Origin: Synechococcus sp.
GTDB lineage: Bacteria; Cyanobacteriota; Cyanobacteriia; Thermostichales; PCC-7336
DNA length: 64,000 bases
Direction: 5' to 3'
NCBI GenBank assembly: GCA_051439605.1
Contig: JBFRWN010000017.1
Location: forward strand, 96,001 to 160,000
The stretch's first letter is position 1. Each line of letters opens with the position of its first letter. The notes beneath the pieces are model-generated. The model made no database searches. It worked only from the letters and a program-made list of their open reading frames with translations, and had not been told where the DNA came from. The translations under genes were made by a program, and so were the position numbers. Shown here piece by piece: positions 1 through 10,207 of the stretch.

Positions 1-1
1 A

Positions 2-274
2 TCTCAATTCCCAGGAAAACCATCTATTTCCAGTGTTTATATTTCAAATTTATCGACAGGAGAATGGTTCGATATTGAACACTACATAAAGCAGTATCAT
101 GGCATTGAAATCAATCCTGAGGGGTTCCGATATAGCAGTTATTCTGGGACTTTTGAAGAAAAAGTACGCGGTTTCCTGGACTTTTCAACCAGACTATTGG
201 AGAAATATGCCAAGCCAACTTTGCAAGGTACCGAATGGCCTGAGGTCGAGTTTGACTGGAAAGGATATAAATAG
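2..274 (+). CDS. C-terminal part of a hypothetical protein (5' truncated by window edge)
   Basis: Frame 2 is open from the edge to TAG 272-274: SQFPGKPSISSVYISNLSTGEWFDIEHYIKQ...QGTEWPEVEFDWKGYK. AT-rich. Missing from the ORF track because it has no start. Confidence 0.65.
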   Translation, partial: SQFPGKPSISSVYISNLSTGEWFDIEHYIKQYHGIEINPEGFRYSSYSGTFEEKVRGFLDFSTRLLEKYAKPTLQGTEWPEVEFDWKGYK

Positions 275-475
275 AGATGGCTGTATGTGGCGATTGGCAA
301 TCTTTTGATGCGATCAAAAGCAAAGTGCATTTGCAGCTTAAAGTTGTATTAACAACCCGGTTCTATAGGTGTTGCGGGGAGTTGGACAACAAAGTCTGTA
401 ACATGCTAGCGAGCAGAGCCTTGCCTCACTAATTGGTAATGTTGGCAAATGCGAGAAACCCAGATACAAGGGTAT

Positions 476-721
476 TTACTCTTGGGAAAACTCTTGAGGA
501 GGCCTTATCCAAGAGCGAAGTAATGACCAGACTTCCTCACAAATTCAGTCTCCATCATCATTTCGAGCATATTCACTCGCACTGTGACAAACCGTCTGAT
601 GAAGACAGCCCCAGTCCTCCAGAGGATTGTCGAAGGTGTACCCATCCGTATTAACCAGGGTTCCTTCAGCAATCATTGATTTGAGGATGAGTTCGATAGT
701 TACTTCGCTTTGTTCGGCCAT
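476..721 (-). pseudogene. Small orphan ORF, 58 aa to TGA 545-547, possibly an 81-aa gene with an internal stop
   Basis: ATG 721 preceded by GGAAGAG. MAEQSEVTIELILKSMIAEGTLVNTDGYTFDNPLEDW...NDDGD* then the frame continues ICEEVWSLLRSWIRPPQEFSQE* to 476. Confidence 0.3.
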
Positions 722-771
722 GTTGGATCTCTTCCCAGAATCATCTACTGTTTATTGAGTGATTCAAGACC

Positions 772-957
772 TTATTGCAACTCCTCAACGGTTGCAGGGG
801 CCACAGCAGGTAGCCGTCTCCGCTTAGCTTTCCCCTCCTCCGGTTTAGGCGGAAGTGTCGCTACTAGGTACAGTGAAGCTTTGCGCTGATAAACTAAAAC
901 TCGATAACCTTGTGATCGCCTATTGACGATCTCTACGGTCCATTGTTTCCGAGACAT
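772..957 (-). pseudogene. N-terminal remnant of a cyanobacterial tyrosine recombinase/phage integrase
   Basis: MSRKQWTVEIVNRR...VYQRKASLYLVATLPPKP resembles the 'R..LYLRATLPPKP' N-terminus of cyanobacterial integrases. It stops after 61 aa with no catalytic domain and lies next to a tRNA. Confidence 0.65.
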
Positions 958-1084
958 ATCCAGATGGTTCAAAGTTGGCTCAAAAAAGTTGGTTATTCCA
1001 GGCTTTTTGAGTCTATTTTCGGTTGGTCTCTGTTGTCCGGAATGGTTGTAGAAACCAGTTCAAAAGTTTGTGGCGCAAGGTTTT

Positions 1085-1158
1085 GGGGCTGTGGCACAGT
1101 TGGATAGCGCGAGCGCCTCCTAAGCGCTAGGTCGTGGGTTCGAATCCCGCCAGCCCCG
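1085..1158 (+). tRNA. trnR-CCU: tRNA-Arg(CCU)
   Basis: Acceptor GGGGCTG/CAGCCCC, anticodon arm AGCGC-CTCCTAA-GCGCT, T arm GTGGG-TTCGAAT-CCCGC. CCA not encoded. Confidence 0.95.
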
Positions 1159-1658
1159 CTACAATAATCAAGTTTAGATCCAACCCATCCTTGGCTTCCG
1201 GTTTTTGCTGCTTTCCAATGCAATTGTCAACCATTAACCTTTATTGCGCATCTTTAACGATCCCCATTTAGGCAACCACTATTTTTGGGTTTCCTCCACC
1301 ATAGTTGGTTGGCAAGTGCTAGGGCGTTCTGACTATCAGTCTCCTAGGCGGGCGCCTGGATTGCTCTCAACTAGAACGGTCTGGAGGTTTCTACCTCAGA
1401 TGTTTTAATATCGCCCAGGTCATCAACCACAAGTAAGTCATTGCGATCGAGCTTTGTGAGGGTGACTGGCAGCTAGAGTTGCCGTTGAGCCTGCCTGAGG
1501 TGTTGCATTTAAGGCGGGGGAAGTCCTACACAGATAAGAATTCAAAAGTTTGGAAATTTTGGCTGGCTTGCCGCTGCTGCGCTGTTTTTGTTAGATGAAG
1601 CGTTAGTTGCAGCTGAATGTCTGTCTCTAGTCCGATGTTTTGAGTTGTTTGGAAACCT

Positions 1659-3815
1659 GTGAGTTTTTTCTCTTTTCAGCGATTCAGATTGCAGTGGGGA
1701 CTGCGCTTGTTGCCGGTTCGGTTAATGCTATCCATGGCAGGGCTAGCGATCTCATCTATCACCAGCGTGACGTTTCTCACGATTGACCGCGAGCGTCGAG
1801 AATTTAAGGCCGAGCTTGAAGGACAGGCAGAGCTATTGCTCAACAGTTTGGAACTGGCTGCGGTCACGTTGCAAGTGCAAGAGGAGATGCAAGCGCTCGA
1901 TTCTTTACTCCTGCCATCAACCATAGATGGGAACGATGCTTTGAGAGCAGCCCTTTACACCGTTGATGGCAGGGTCTTTGCGGGAGTTAGTGGAGGGATG
2001 AAAACAGTTTCTCCAGAAATACTAAGAAGCTTGCACCAGCGCACCACTACGCAATTTTATTGGCAATCCGATCATCTGCTCGCCGCTCGACGGGTAACCC
2101 CCCAAAATGTAGCTGGCCTGGATCGAAGCGCTAGGTCTGAACTTGCAGGCCAAATTGCTGTTGTTGAGCTGTCGACAGTCATGCTCAAGCAAGATATCCA
2201 GCGGACCTGGGTCAATGCTTTAGAGGTGGCTCTGGGGGCAGGTGCCGTGAGTACGCTGCTGGCTTTGATGTTGAGCCGCACCATTACCGGTCCCCTTAAG
2301 CAAATGGTTACGGTGACCGAGCGAATTGCCTCTGGACAGTTTTCGGAACGACTACCAGAGCGGAAGGGTGGCCAAGAACTATCGACGGTATCCGGTGCCT
2401 TCAACCGCATGAGCGAGCAATTGCAGTTGCTCGTTGCCCGACAGCGGGCCTTGGTACGCTACTCCTTAGACGCTATTGTGGTGCTCGATAGACAAGGCAA
2501 AGTTCTTGAATATAACCCTGCTGCTGAACGGATGTTTTCTCTGTCAGACGATGGGGTTATCAGCCAGCCTTTTTTTCAATTTGCTATTGACTATCCATGG
2601 CGTGAGCAGCTAGAAGCAGATGTATTGTCCGTTCAGGAGCAAAATGCCAGCTGTTTGGTAGGGCGCTGGCAAGAGGTAGAGGCTCTACGGGCTAATGGCT
2701 GTCGGTTTTGGGCTGAGGTGTCAGTAACCAACATCACAGTTCGCGACGATTCCTTATTTACCGTTACCTTGCGCGATATTACGGAGCGTCGTCAGGCCGC
2801 TACTCGCTTGCAGCAAAGCGAGGAACGATTCCGACAGATTATCCATCGGGCCCCTATTGGCATTGCGTTGGCTGATGCGGCAAGCGGCATTATCCAACAG
2901 GTTAATCCCGCTCTGTGCAATATTGTTGGCGTTGAAGAGGCAGACCTTATGGGCTGTTCCTTCGAGCAGTTGGGAATTGCCTTACCAAGGATCGGCATTC
3001 CCCCCTATGCCACCGGCGACCCACAGGAGGTTAACTCTGCGAATGTCCTGCCCGGCGATCGCTTGCCAGCTGTGCTACCCAATCAGGCTGCAGACCCTCC
3101 CTCTAGAGAGGCCAACCCTCCACCTCCTATGGGTGAGGCCGATCGGACAGAGCAGCGGTATCGATGTAGGAACGGTCAAGAGATTTGGCTGGGGATGACC
3201 GTCACGGTTCTCGTCGGGATAGGTCAGGATCCCGTTACCTTAGTCATGCTAGAGGACATTACCGAACGCAAACAAGTTGAACTCCAGCTGCGCCACGAGG
3301 CGCTGCACGACTCTCTAACGGGCCTCCCCAATCGCACCCTGTTGCTCAAGCGACTCAGCCGCGCCTGCGAACGCTTCCACTCTTTTAAAACTGGCCATGA
3401 TTTTGCTGTTCTGTTTTTAGATTGCGATCGGTTTAAAGAAATCAACGATTTGTTGGGGCACGAAGTTGGCGATCGATTGCTGATTGCTTTGGCACATCGA
3501 TTAGAAAGTTGCGTGAGGGAAGGAGATACTGTTGCCCGATTGGGTGGCGATGAATTTACTGTATTGCTGGAACATATCCGCGAGGCAGATGAAGCGCAGC
3601 GAGTGGCTAATCGGATGCTCCAATCTCTAAGATTGCCATTTGACTTAGGAGATCGTCAGGTTGTGGCCACAGTGAGTATTGGTATTGTTAACAGCCACAT
3701 TCGGTATCGCGACCCCGAAACGATTCTCAAAGATGCGGATGCTGCTATGTATAAAGCAAAGGCTCTAGGTCGCAAACAACAAACACTGTACGGCGCAATC
3801 TCAGAGTCAGGCTGA
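1659..3815 (+). CDS. Membrane-bound diguanylate cyclase (TM-HAMP-PAS-PAS-GGDEF)
   Basis: Two hydrophobic segments, HAMP (GPLKQM...AFNRM), two PAS/PAC (YNPAAERMF, VNPALC), HDSLTGLPNR, RxxD then GGDEF. Exact start uncertain. Confidence 0.9.
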   Translation: MSFFSFQRFRLQWGLRLLPVRLMLSMAGLAISSITSVTFLTIDRERREFKAELEGQAELLLNSLELAAVTLQVQEEMQALDSLLLPSTIDGNDALRAALYTVDGRVFAGVSGGMKTVSPEILRSLHQRTTTQFYWQSDHLLAARRVTPQNVAGLDRSARSELAGQIAVVELSTVMLKQDIQRTWVNALEVALGAGAVSTLLALMLSRTITGPLKQMVTVTERIASGQFSERLPERKGGQELSTVSGAFNRMSEQLQLLVARQRALVRYSLDAIVVLDRQGKVLEYNPAAERMFSLSDDGVISQPFFQFAIDYPWREQLEADVLSVQEQNASCLVGRWQEVEALRANGCRFWAEVSVTNITVRDDSLFTVTLRDITERRQAATRLQQSEERFRQIIHRAPIGIALADAASGIIQQVNPALCNIVGVEEADLMGCSFEQLGIALPRIGIPPYATGDPQEVNSANVLPGDRLPAVLPNQAADPPSREANPPPPMGEADRTEQRYRCRNGQEIWLGMTVTVLVGIGQDPVTLVMLEDITERKQVELQLRHEALHDSLTGLPNRTLLLKRLSRACERFHSFKTGHDFAVLFLDCDRFKEINDLLGHEVGDRLLIALAHRLESCVREGDTVARLGGDEFTVLLEHIREADEAQRVANRMLQSLRLPFDLGDRQVVATVSIGIVNSHIRYRDPETILKDADAAMYKAKALGRKQQTLYGAISESG

Positions 3816-3914
3816 CGCGATTCATCCATCACCCGATTGGGTATCTAAGGCTATGACCTACTGTCGAGCAGCAAGAGCCGCAATACCCTATACCCAGCAA
3901 TACCATCCGCAACC

Positions 3915-4181
3915 ATGACTGCCTCTGCACCAATACGCTGCTGTGCCGCTTGCCGACGCCGTGCCCCCCGAACAGAGTTTCTGAGGATTGTACGTCAGTA
4001 TGATTCGGGAAAGGTTTGTATTGGTAGCGGCATGGGGAGATCTGCTTACTTGTGTCCGACAGAAGAGTGTATTTTCCGGATCGAGAAAAAAAATCGCTTA
4101 GCACACATTCTCCGCTCGCCTGTCCCCAAAGATATATACAAACGACTGCTTGCTATGGTTCAAACATCTCCGGATGCCTAG
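3915..4181 (+). CDS. ylxR: YlxR/DUF448 RNA-binding protein
   Basis: RCCAACRR...LRIVR...GMGRSAYLC motif; upstream of infB. Confidence 0.9.
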   Translation: MTASAPIRCCAACRRRAPRTEFLRIVRQYDSGKVCIGSGMGRSAYLCPTEECIFRIEKKNRLAHILRSPVPKDIYKRLLAMVQTSPDA

Positions 4182-4573
4182 TCCAAGGATGTTGATGTTG
4201 CGGTAGGACGATCCAAGAAATAGGTTTGTACGATTCAGTTAGAATGTTCTTAAGGTGAAAGTCTTTTCTCAGGTGATAGCAATAGTCTCAGGGGGAATCC
4301 TAATACTGAAGGTATTAGATAGATGAGCCATAAGTACGTTGCCATCATTCAGAACTGGTAATTCAGCTTCGAATTCGTTATTCTGGTAGACCGTCCACCC
4401 AGTGCTGCGCTCTTTGAAAACAGTGATAAGGTACCCTTGCAGTAGCTTCAAGCTGTGTGTCGCCACTCGTGACTTTTGATTAGGCTTTAGATGGGTCTTA
4501 CAGGCGTGTAATTTCCGATCTACTCCCCCCTTCTCGTTGCACCTTCGTCGATATCATCCTGACCCAACTCTAT

Positions 4574-7500
4574 ATGACCCCAACTTCGCCCCAAGCCAAT
4601 TCCACCAGCCGCAGCAGCACCAAGGTGCGCATTTACGATCTATCGCGAGAACTTGGCCGGGAAAATAAAGATATTTTGGATGCATGCGAGGAGTTGAGCA
4701 TAACTGCGAAAAGCCATAGCAGCACCATTAGTGTTAGCGACGCCGATAAGATTCGACAACGGTTGGGGGCAGTGTCTGAGTCCAGTCAAGTACGACCTCA
4801 ACAGTCCGATAAAGTTTCCCCTAAGCCTGAAGAATCTGCTGCTCAAGCCCCAGGTGGGTTACAGATTTTGGAAGTGCGCAAAGCTGCGAACGACGTTGAG
4901 CCCTCTCCCTCTAAGATTGTGGCATCTAAGCCCAAAGTTGCTAGCCCTTCGAAAGCTGCTGTGCAGCCAGGGCTTTCCCCCAAAAAACCCACAGCGCCAT
5001 CTGCTCCTAAACCACCCACTTTCTCCCAGGCACAACAGCCAAGTAGAACTCAGCCTGCAGCCTCACCAGTGCCGAACTTGAAGCAACCCGCCAAGGTTAT
5101 CAAACCTGCTCAGCCCCCCCAAGGGCCTTCAAAATCTCCGACAGCCGATCTGCCCCCTCCTACGAAGCCAGCAACTGAGCCCACTACTACCCCATCCCTG
5201 AAGCGTCCTGCTGCTGTAGCTGCTCCCAAAACTCCGGCACGACCAGCAGCCAAAAAACTCGACCACCCGAAGTCTCCTGCCCCTGTACCAACTCCTGCTG
5301 CGCCTCCCAGTCGCCCTTTACAAATTGTCCAACCCCCGACTGCGCCTAAGCAAAAGACCTCTGCTGATAAAGCTTCAGCCCCTTTGAAGCCCGCTGTCCC
5401 TAGCCAGCCCCCTCGCAAAATGGCCGCTAAACCAATCTCCCCTGCTGCGAGGCGAAGTCCTAGTACCGAGTATCCTTCCAAAGTGGATGCTGAAGGAGTT
5501 GATAAGCCTAGACCTGCAGCGCCTAAAAAACCTCAGCTCGTCGGTGCACCAACTCGACCTGGGGTGAAGGCGAAAATTGTTCAACCTAGCAGCGATCGCC
5601 CCAGCAAAGTTGCTAAACCCGAGCCTGCTGATAAACCGACCCTGTTTAAGAAAGATTTACCCGAGTTGGTGGGCCCCCCAACTCGGGCGAAAGCAGCCTC
5701 TCAGCTAGGCAAAGATGACAGTATCAGTGTGGCTGGCGAAGCAGCATTGGCAACGCCTGAGTTGGCTGCAGCTCCCAAGCGACCTGCGAGTAGGATGCCG
5801 GCTAAGCGCAAGCAGACGGTATCCCGTCGTGAAGATGATGAAATGGCTGCCCTCAAGCAGCCAACGAAAAAGCGTGGCAAACGTCGACGTGGTACTTCTA
5901 GGGGCGAAGATAGTTTCGAGACCGAGCCAATGTTGGCGGTAGGGCAGGGGGCCGAGCTAGATGCGCTTAAGCCACTTCCCCGTCCCAATGCAAAGCCTCC
6001 TTCCACTGGACCCAAGCTCACGCCGGTTCGTTCCAGTCGCCCCAAGACTTCGCGATCGGATCGTCGCAGCCAACAACAGGCAGCAAAGGCAGCAAAGGCA
6101 GCAGCAGCGGCAGCTGAAGCAGAGAAGCCTTCGCTGCTAGAGCTACAGGGGAGTTTGACCGTCCAGGAGCTAGCCAATCAGCTCCAGATCGCAGAAACCG
6201 AGATTATTAAGACCCTCTTCTTGAAAGGGGTGATGGCTAACATCAACCAAACGTTAGATGTACCAACAGCTGAGATGGTTGCTACCGAGTTGGGTTACGA
6301 CGTCGAATACAAAGAGGAAGAAGCTGCAGCCACCAAGACAGAAATGCTCGACGTTGCAGATATCGAACATCTCACCCATCGCCCTCCGGTGGTTACGATC
6401 ATGGGTCACGTGGACCATGGCAAAACGACCTTACTGGATTCCATCCGCGAGACAAAAGTTGCATCAGGTGAAGCAGGTGGTATCACTCAGCATATCGGTG
6501 CTTATCATGTCGATCTGGAAGTAGAGGGAGAAGAGAAACGGGTGGTCTTCCTCGATACCCCCGGACACGAGGCCTTTACCGCCATGAGGGCTCGAGGCAC
6601 CAAAGTTACCGACATTGCCATTTTGGTTGTAGCGGCAGACGATGGGGTTCGCCCTCAAACTCTGGAAGCCATTAGCCACGCTCAGGCTGCTCAAGTTCCC
6701 ATTGTAGTTGCCATCAACAAGATTGATAAAGAAGCTGCCAATCCCGATCGCGTCAAGCAGGAACTTGCCGAGCGCGGCCTTGTGCCTGAGGACTGGGGGG
6801 GAGATATCCCCATGGTTGGGGTAAGTGCTCTTGCGAAGCAGAATCTTGATGAGTTGCTGGAGATGCTGCTTCTGGTGGCAGAAGTGGCCGAACTGCAAGC
6901 AAACCCCGACCGCCCTGCAAAGGGAACTGTTATCGAAGCGAATCTAGACAAGGCCCGTGGCCCTGTGGCAACACTGCTGGTACAAAACGGTACATTGCGT
7001 GTGGGAGATACATTGGTAGCTGGTTCTGTTATGGGCCGCGTTAAAGCCATGGTGGACGATCGTGGCAATCGCGTTCGGGAAGCGGGTCCCTCTTCCGCAG
7101 TGGAAGTTCTGGGCATGAACGACGTTCCTGCGGCTGGCGATGAGTTTGACGTTTACGGTGATGATAAAACTGCTCGGCAAGTGGCCGAGGAGCGTGCTGC
7201 AGTTCAGCGTCAGTCCCGCCTCCAGCAGGCCATGGCTTCCCGCCGAGTCAGCCTTGGCACCCTGTCTGCTCAGGCTCAAGAGGGCGAGCTGAAAGAACTC
7301 AACCTCATCCTTAAGGCGGACGTTCAAGGATCCGTCGAAGCCATCTTGGGGTCGCTGCAGCAGCTGTCTCAAGACGAAGTTCAAATTCGCGTTTTACTGG
7401 CCTCTCCAGGAGAAGTATCCGAGACTGATATCGACTTGGCAGCGGCCAGTAATGCGATCATCATTGGCTTTAATACGACGCTAGCTCCAGGAGCCCGTGC

Positions 7501-7915
7501 AGCTGCAGATCGCTATGGCGTCGATATTCGCGAATACGACATCATTTACAACTTGCTGGAAGAGATTACAGCTGCGATGGAAGGTCTCTTGGAACCTGAA
7601 GAAGTCGAAGAGTGGATGGGGCAAGTGGAAGTGCGCATGCTGATCCCAATTGGAAAAGGGGTTGTGGCCGGAAGTTACGTCCAGTCTGGTAAGGTGCAGC
7701 GAAATGCCTTTGTACGGGTGACTCGCGGTGGCGAGCAAGTATACGAGGGGCGCATCGACTCCCTGAAGCGCTTTAAGGAAGATGTGCGAGAAGTGGCTTC
7801 CGGTTTTGAATGTGGCATTAGCATCTCGAACTTCAATGACTGGCGTGAAGGCGATGTTTTGGAAATCTATCAATTGGTTGCCAAGCGTCGGACCCTTGCT
7901 TCTGCCTCGAGGTAA
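4574..7915 (+). CDS. infB: Translation initiation factor IF-2
   Basis: [12 protein letters not shown]-domain, Pro-rich linker, [17 protein letters not shown]. Confidence 0.98.
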   Translation: MTPTSPQANSTSRSSTKVRIYDLSRELGRENKDILDACEELSITAKSHSSTISVSDADKIRQRLGAVSESSQVRPQQSDKVSPKPEESAAQAPGGLQILEVRKAANDVEPSPSKIVASKPKVASPSKAAVQPGLSPKKPTAPSAPKPPTFSQAQQPSRTQPAASPVPNLKQPAKVIKPAQPPQGPSKSPTADLPPPTKPATEPTTTPSLKRPAAVAAPKTPARPAAKKLDHPKSPAPVPTPAAPPSRPLQIVQPPTAPKQKTSADKASAPLKPAVPSQPPRKMAAKPISPAARRSPSTEYPSKVDAEGVDKPRPAAPKKPQLVGAPTRPGVKAKIVQPSSDRPSKVAKPEPADKPTLFKKDLPELVGPPTRAKAASQLGKDDSISVAGEAALATPELAAAPKRPASRMPAKRKQTVSRREDDEMAALKQPTKKRGKRRRGTSRGEDSFETEPMLAVGQGAELDALKPLPRPNAKPPSTGPKLTPVRSSRPKTSRSDRRSQQQAAKAAKAAAAAAEAEKPSLLELQGSLTVQELANQLQIAETEIIKTLFLKGVMANINQTLDVPTAEMVATELGYDVEYKEEEAAATKTEMLDVADIEHLTHRPPVVTIMGHVDHGKTTLLDSIRETKVASGEAGGITQHIGAYHVDLEVEGEEKRVVFLDTPGHEAFTAMRARGTKVTDIAILVVAADDGVRPQTLEAISHAQAAQVPIVVAINKIDKEAANPDRVKQELAERGLVPEDWGGDIPMVGVSALAKQNLDELLEMLLLVAEVAELQANPDRPAKGTVIEANLDKARGPVATLLVQNGTLRVGDTLVAGSVMGRVKAMVDDRGNRVREAGPSSAVEVLGMNDVPAAGDEFDVYGDDKTARQVAEERAAVQRQSRLQQAMASRRVSLGTLSAQAQEGELKELNLILKADVQGSVEAILGSLQQLSQDEVQIRVLLASPGEVSETDIDLAAASNAIIIGFNTTLAPGARAAADRYGVDIREYDIIYNLLEEITAAMEGLLEPEEVEEWMGQVEVRMLIPIGKGVVAGSYVQSGKVQRNAFVRVTRGGEQVYEGRIDSLKRFKEDVREVASGFECGISISNFNDWREGDVLEIYQLVAKRRTLASASR

Positions 7916-8067
7916 CCTCTTTTTTTGCCTCAATCAAGGTGGTGCTGTGGAGACCTTAGCCAACGAGAGATGTACCGTTGCTTTAGGAGGGGGCAGTGAT
8001 CGGCCTATCACGGTTTGGCGGCTGTATTCTTGAACCCTCGTTCCACTCTTGTTTCCCCTTGTATTGC

Positions 8068-8436
8068 ATGTCAGGTTTTTTGCAGGTTAGTACAACAACG
8101 TCTTCACAAGCGGATGCCCAACAACTGGCGGGTCTTGTGTTAGAGAAACGCTTAGCGGCTTGCGTGCAAATTTCGGGGCCGATTTCCAGCCAATATTGGT
8201 GGCAAGGGGGTCTGGAAACTTCAACAGAGTGGCTGTGTATGATTAAAACTAGCAGTCGCCTGTATCCCGAGCTGGAGTCTGTATTGCTGGCCTCTCATCC
8301 TTACGAAACACCAGAAATTATTGCCATTCCTATCTTTTTGGGCAGCCCTGGCTACCTCAACTGGTTAGACTCGCAGTTGAAAGCCCCCGATGAACCGATG
8401 GAGGGGAATCGGCTTAAGGGAGATAAATGCTCGTGA
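8068..8436 (+). CDS. cutA: Divalent-cation tolerance protein CutA
   Basis: RLAACVQ, YWWQG, HPYETPEI. Start placed at ATG 8068. Confidence 0.9.
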   Translation: MSGFLQVSTTTSSQADAQQLAGLVLEKRLAACVQISGPISSQYWWQGGLETSTEWLCMIKTSSRLYPELESVLLASHPYETPEIIAIPIFLGSPGYLNWLDSQLKAPDEPMEGNRLKGDKCS

Positions 8437-8821
8437 GGGACTGATGACAGAATACTCACAGGCTGACCCAGCTTGACCAACCTCGCTTATGATTGTTGTT
8501 GAAGACAGGTGTGTTGTTATCCGTTCAGCCCTATCTCGCTCTCCTCCGCGATCTGCAAGTCTTGAATGAGGGATCCCTAGTTGGCTCGTGAAGAATGTTT
8601 CACGCAAAACGCCACTCCTATCCCTTTGGCATCTGTGTTAAATTAGTTGCACTTTTGATTGCCTCATCCCCCTGCAAGATATTCCGTTTGATTGAGTTTT
8701 CATACACCACCTGAAAGTGACTGATGTGAGATCGACTGCTGTAGCAGTGGCCTTCCGCAGTGACTTTTTTTGATTGGGCTTCGGCATATCCCGTCCATCT
8801 ACCCTCAAGGAAACGTTTCCA

Positions 8822-10123
8822 ATGAATAAACGCGGCTTGATTTTCGGCGCTACAGCAGCGGCAGTGACATTGGTTGGGGGGGTAGGAATTCAGGTAGCAG
8901 CTCCTAGCTGGGCTGGTTTCCGCAGCCACCCTAAAGAGGTGGTGGATGAAGCCTGGCAAATCGTGAATCGGGCCTACGTAGATGGCAATTTCAACGATGT
9001 GGATTGGGAAAACGTTCGTCGAGACTTACTATCTCGTGACTACACGTCTAACGAGGAGGCTTACGATGCCATCCGGGAGGCTATCGAACAGCTAGACGAT
9101 CCCTACACTCGTTTTATGGATCCCAAGCAATATGCCAGCATGCAGATCGATACCTCAGGGGAGCTGACTGGGGTTGGGATCCAATTGGGGGAAGAAGATG
9201 AGACGGGCCGATTGCTCGTGGTTGCCCCTATCGAAGATTCTCCAGCGTTCACTGCCGGTGTGTTGTCTGGTGACATCATTGTTGAAATCGATGGCACTGA
9301 CACGGCCGAGATGGATGTGAACGATGCTGTAAACCTCATCCGGGGAGAGGTTGGTTCCACCGTCACCATTACTGTGTTGCGGAACGAGAGCGACCGGATT
9401 GATTTTGATATCAAACGCGATCGAATCGAGCTGCAGGCGGTGCGTTACGAAGTTCACCCAGAAAATAATGTCGATATAGGTTACGTTCGGCTCACCCAAT
9501 TTAGTGCCAAAGCTGCTGATGAAATGCGCGATGCGGTGGAAAAACTGGAGGGTTTAGGAGTGGAAGCCTACGTTCTCGACTTGCGTGGGAATCCGGGCGG
9601 CCTGCTGTATAGCAGCGCTGAAATTGCACGCCTGTTCCTAGATGAAGGGGGCATTGTGTCTACCGAAAACCGCGAGGGCATTCAGGACGGCATTACAGCC
9701 ACCGGTCGTGCCCTAACCGATAAACCCATGACCGTCTTGGTGGATGGTGGCTCCGCCAGTGCGAGCGAAATTTTGGCGGGGGCATTGCAAGATAACAATC
9801 GTGCCACCTTGGTAGGCACTCAAACATTTGGGAAAGGCTTGGTACAGTCAGTTCACGATCTCTCTGGGGGGGCAGGGTTGGCTGTTACTATTGCCCGCTA
9901 TCGTACCCCTAACGGTACTGACATTAACCAAAAGGGCATTACTCCTGACCGCGTTGTTGAATTGTCTGAAGCCGATATCGAGACGCTAACCAGCGACCGT
10001 GAATTATTGGCGACATTGGCCGATCCGCAGTATGCTGCTGCAGTGCGGAATCTGGAGCTGCAGTTAGCCGATAGCGGTCAGCCACCTCAGGCCTTGTCTC
10101 CTGAACTATCCGGTATCAACTAG
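8822..10123 (+). CDS. ctpA: Carboxyl-terminal processing protease (S41, CtpA/B family)
   Basis: Signal peptide, DPYTRF, PDZ, DLRGNPGG, SASASEI, TFGKG. Paralog identity uncertain. Confidence 0.9.
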   Translation: MNKRGLIFGATAAAVTLVGGVGIQVAAPSWAGFRSHPKEVVDEAWQIVNRAYVDGNFNDVDWENVRRDLLSRDYTSNEEAYDAIREAIEQLDDPYTRFMDPKQYASMQIDTSGELTGVGIQLGEEDETGRLLVVAPIEDSPAFTAGVLSGDIIVEIDGTDTAEMDVNDAVNLIRGEVGSTVTITVLRNESDRIDFDIKRDRIELQAVRYEVHPENNVDIGYVRLTQFSAKAADEMRDAVEKLEGLGVEAYVLDLRGNPGGLLYSSAEIARLFLDEGGIVSTENREGIQDGITATGRALTDKPMTVLVDGGSASASEILAGALQDNNRATLVGTQTFGKGLVQSVHDLSGGAGLAVTIARYRTPNGTDINQKGITPDRVVELSEADIETLTSDRELLATLADPQYAAAVRNLELQLADSGQPPQALSPELSGIN

Positions 10124-10207
10124 AGTCCAGATTACCTTCTAAAGACCCGCACGCTGAATGGGTCTGGTCAATGCTGCTAGGCCACAAGCTGGACTGGATA
10201 TTCCGCT

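Noticed and set aside
993..1223. 76-aa minus-strand ORF
   Set aside because: Shadow ORF antisense to the tRNA.
4269..4466. 65-aa antisense ORF between ylxR and infB
   Set aside because: GTG start with no RBS or recognisable motif.
4900..6120. Pro/Ala/Lys-rich stretch and GCAGCAAAG tandem repeats in infB
   Set aside because: Normal low-complexity N-terminal region of cyanobacterial IF-2.
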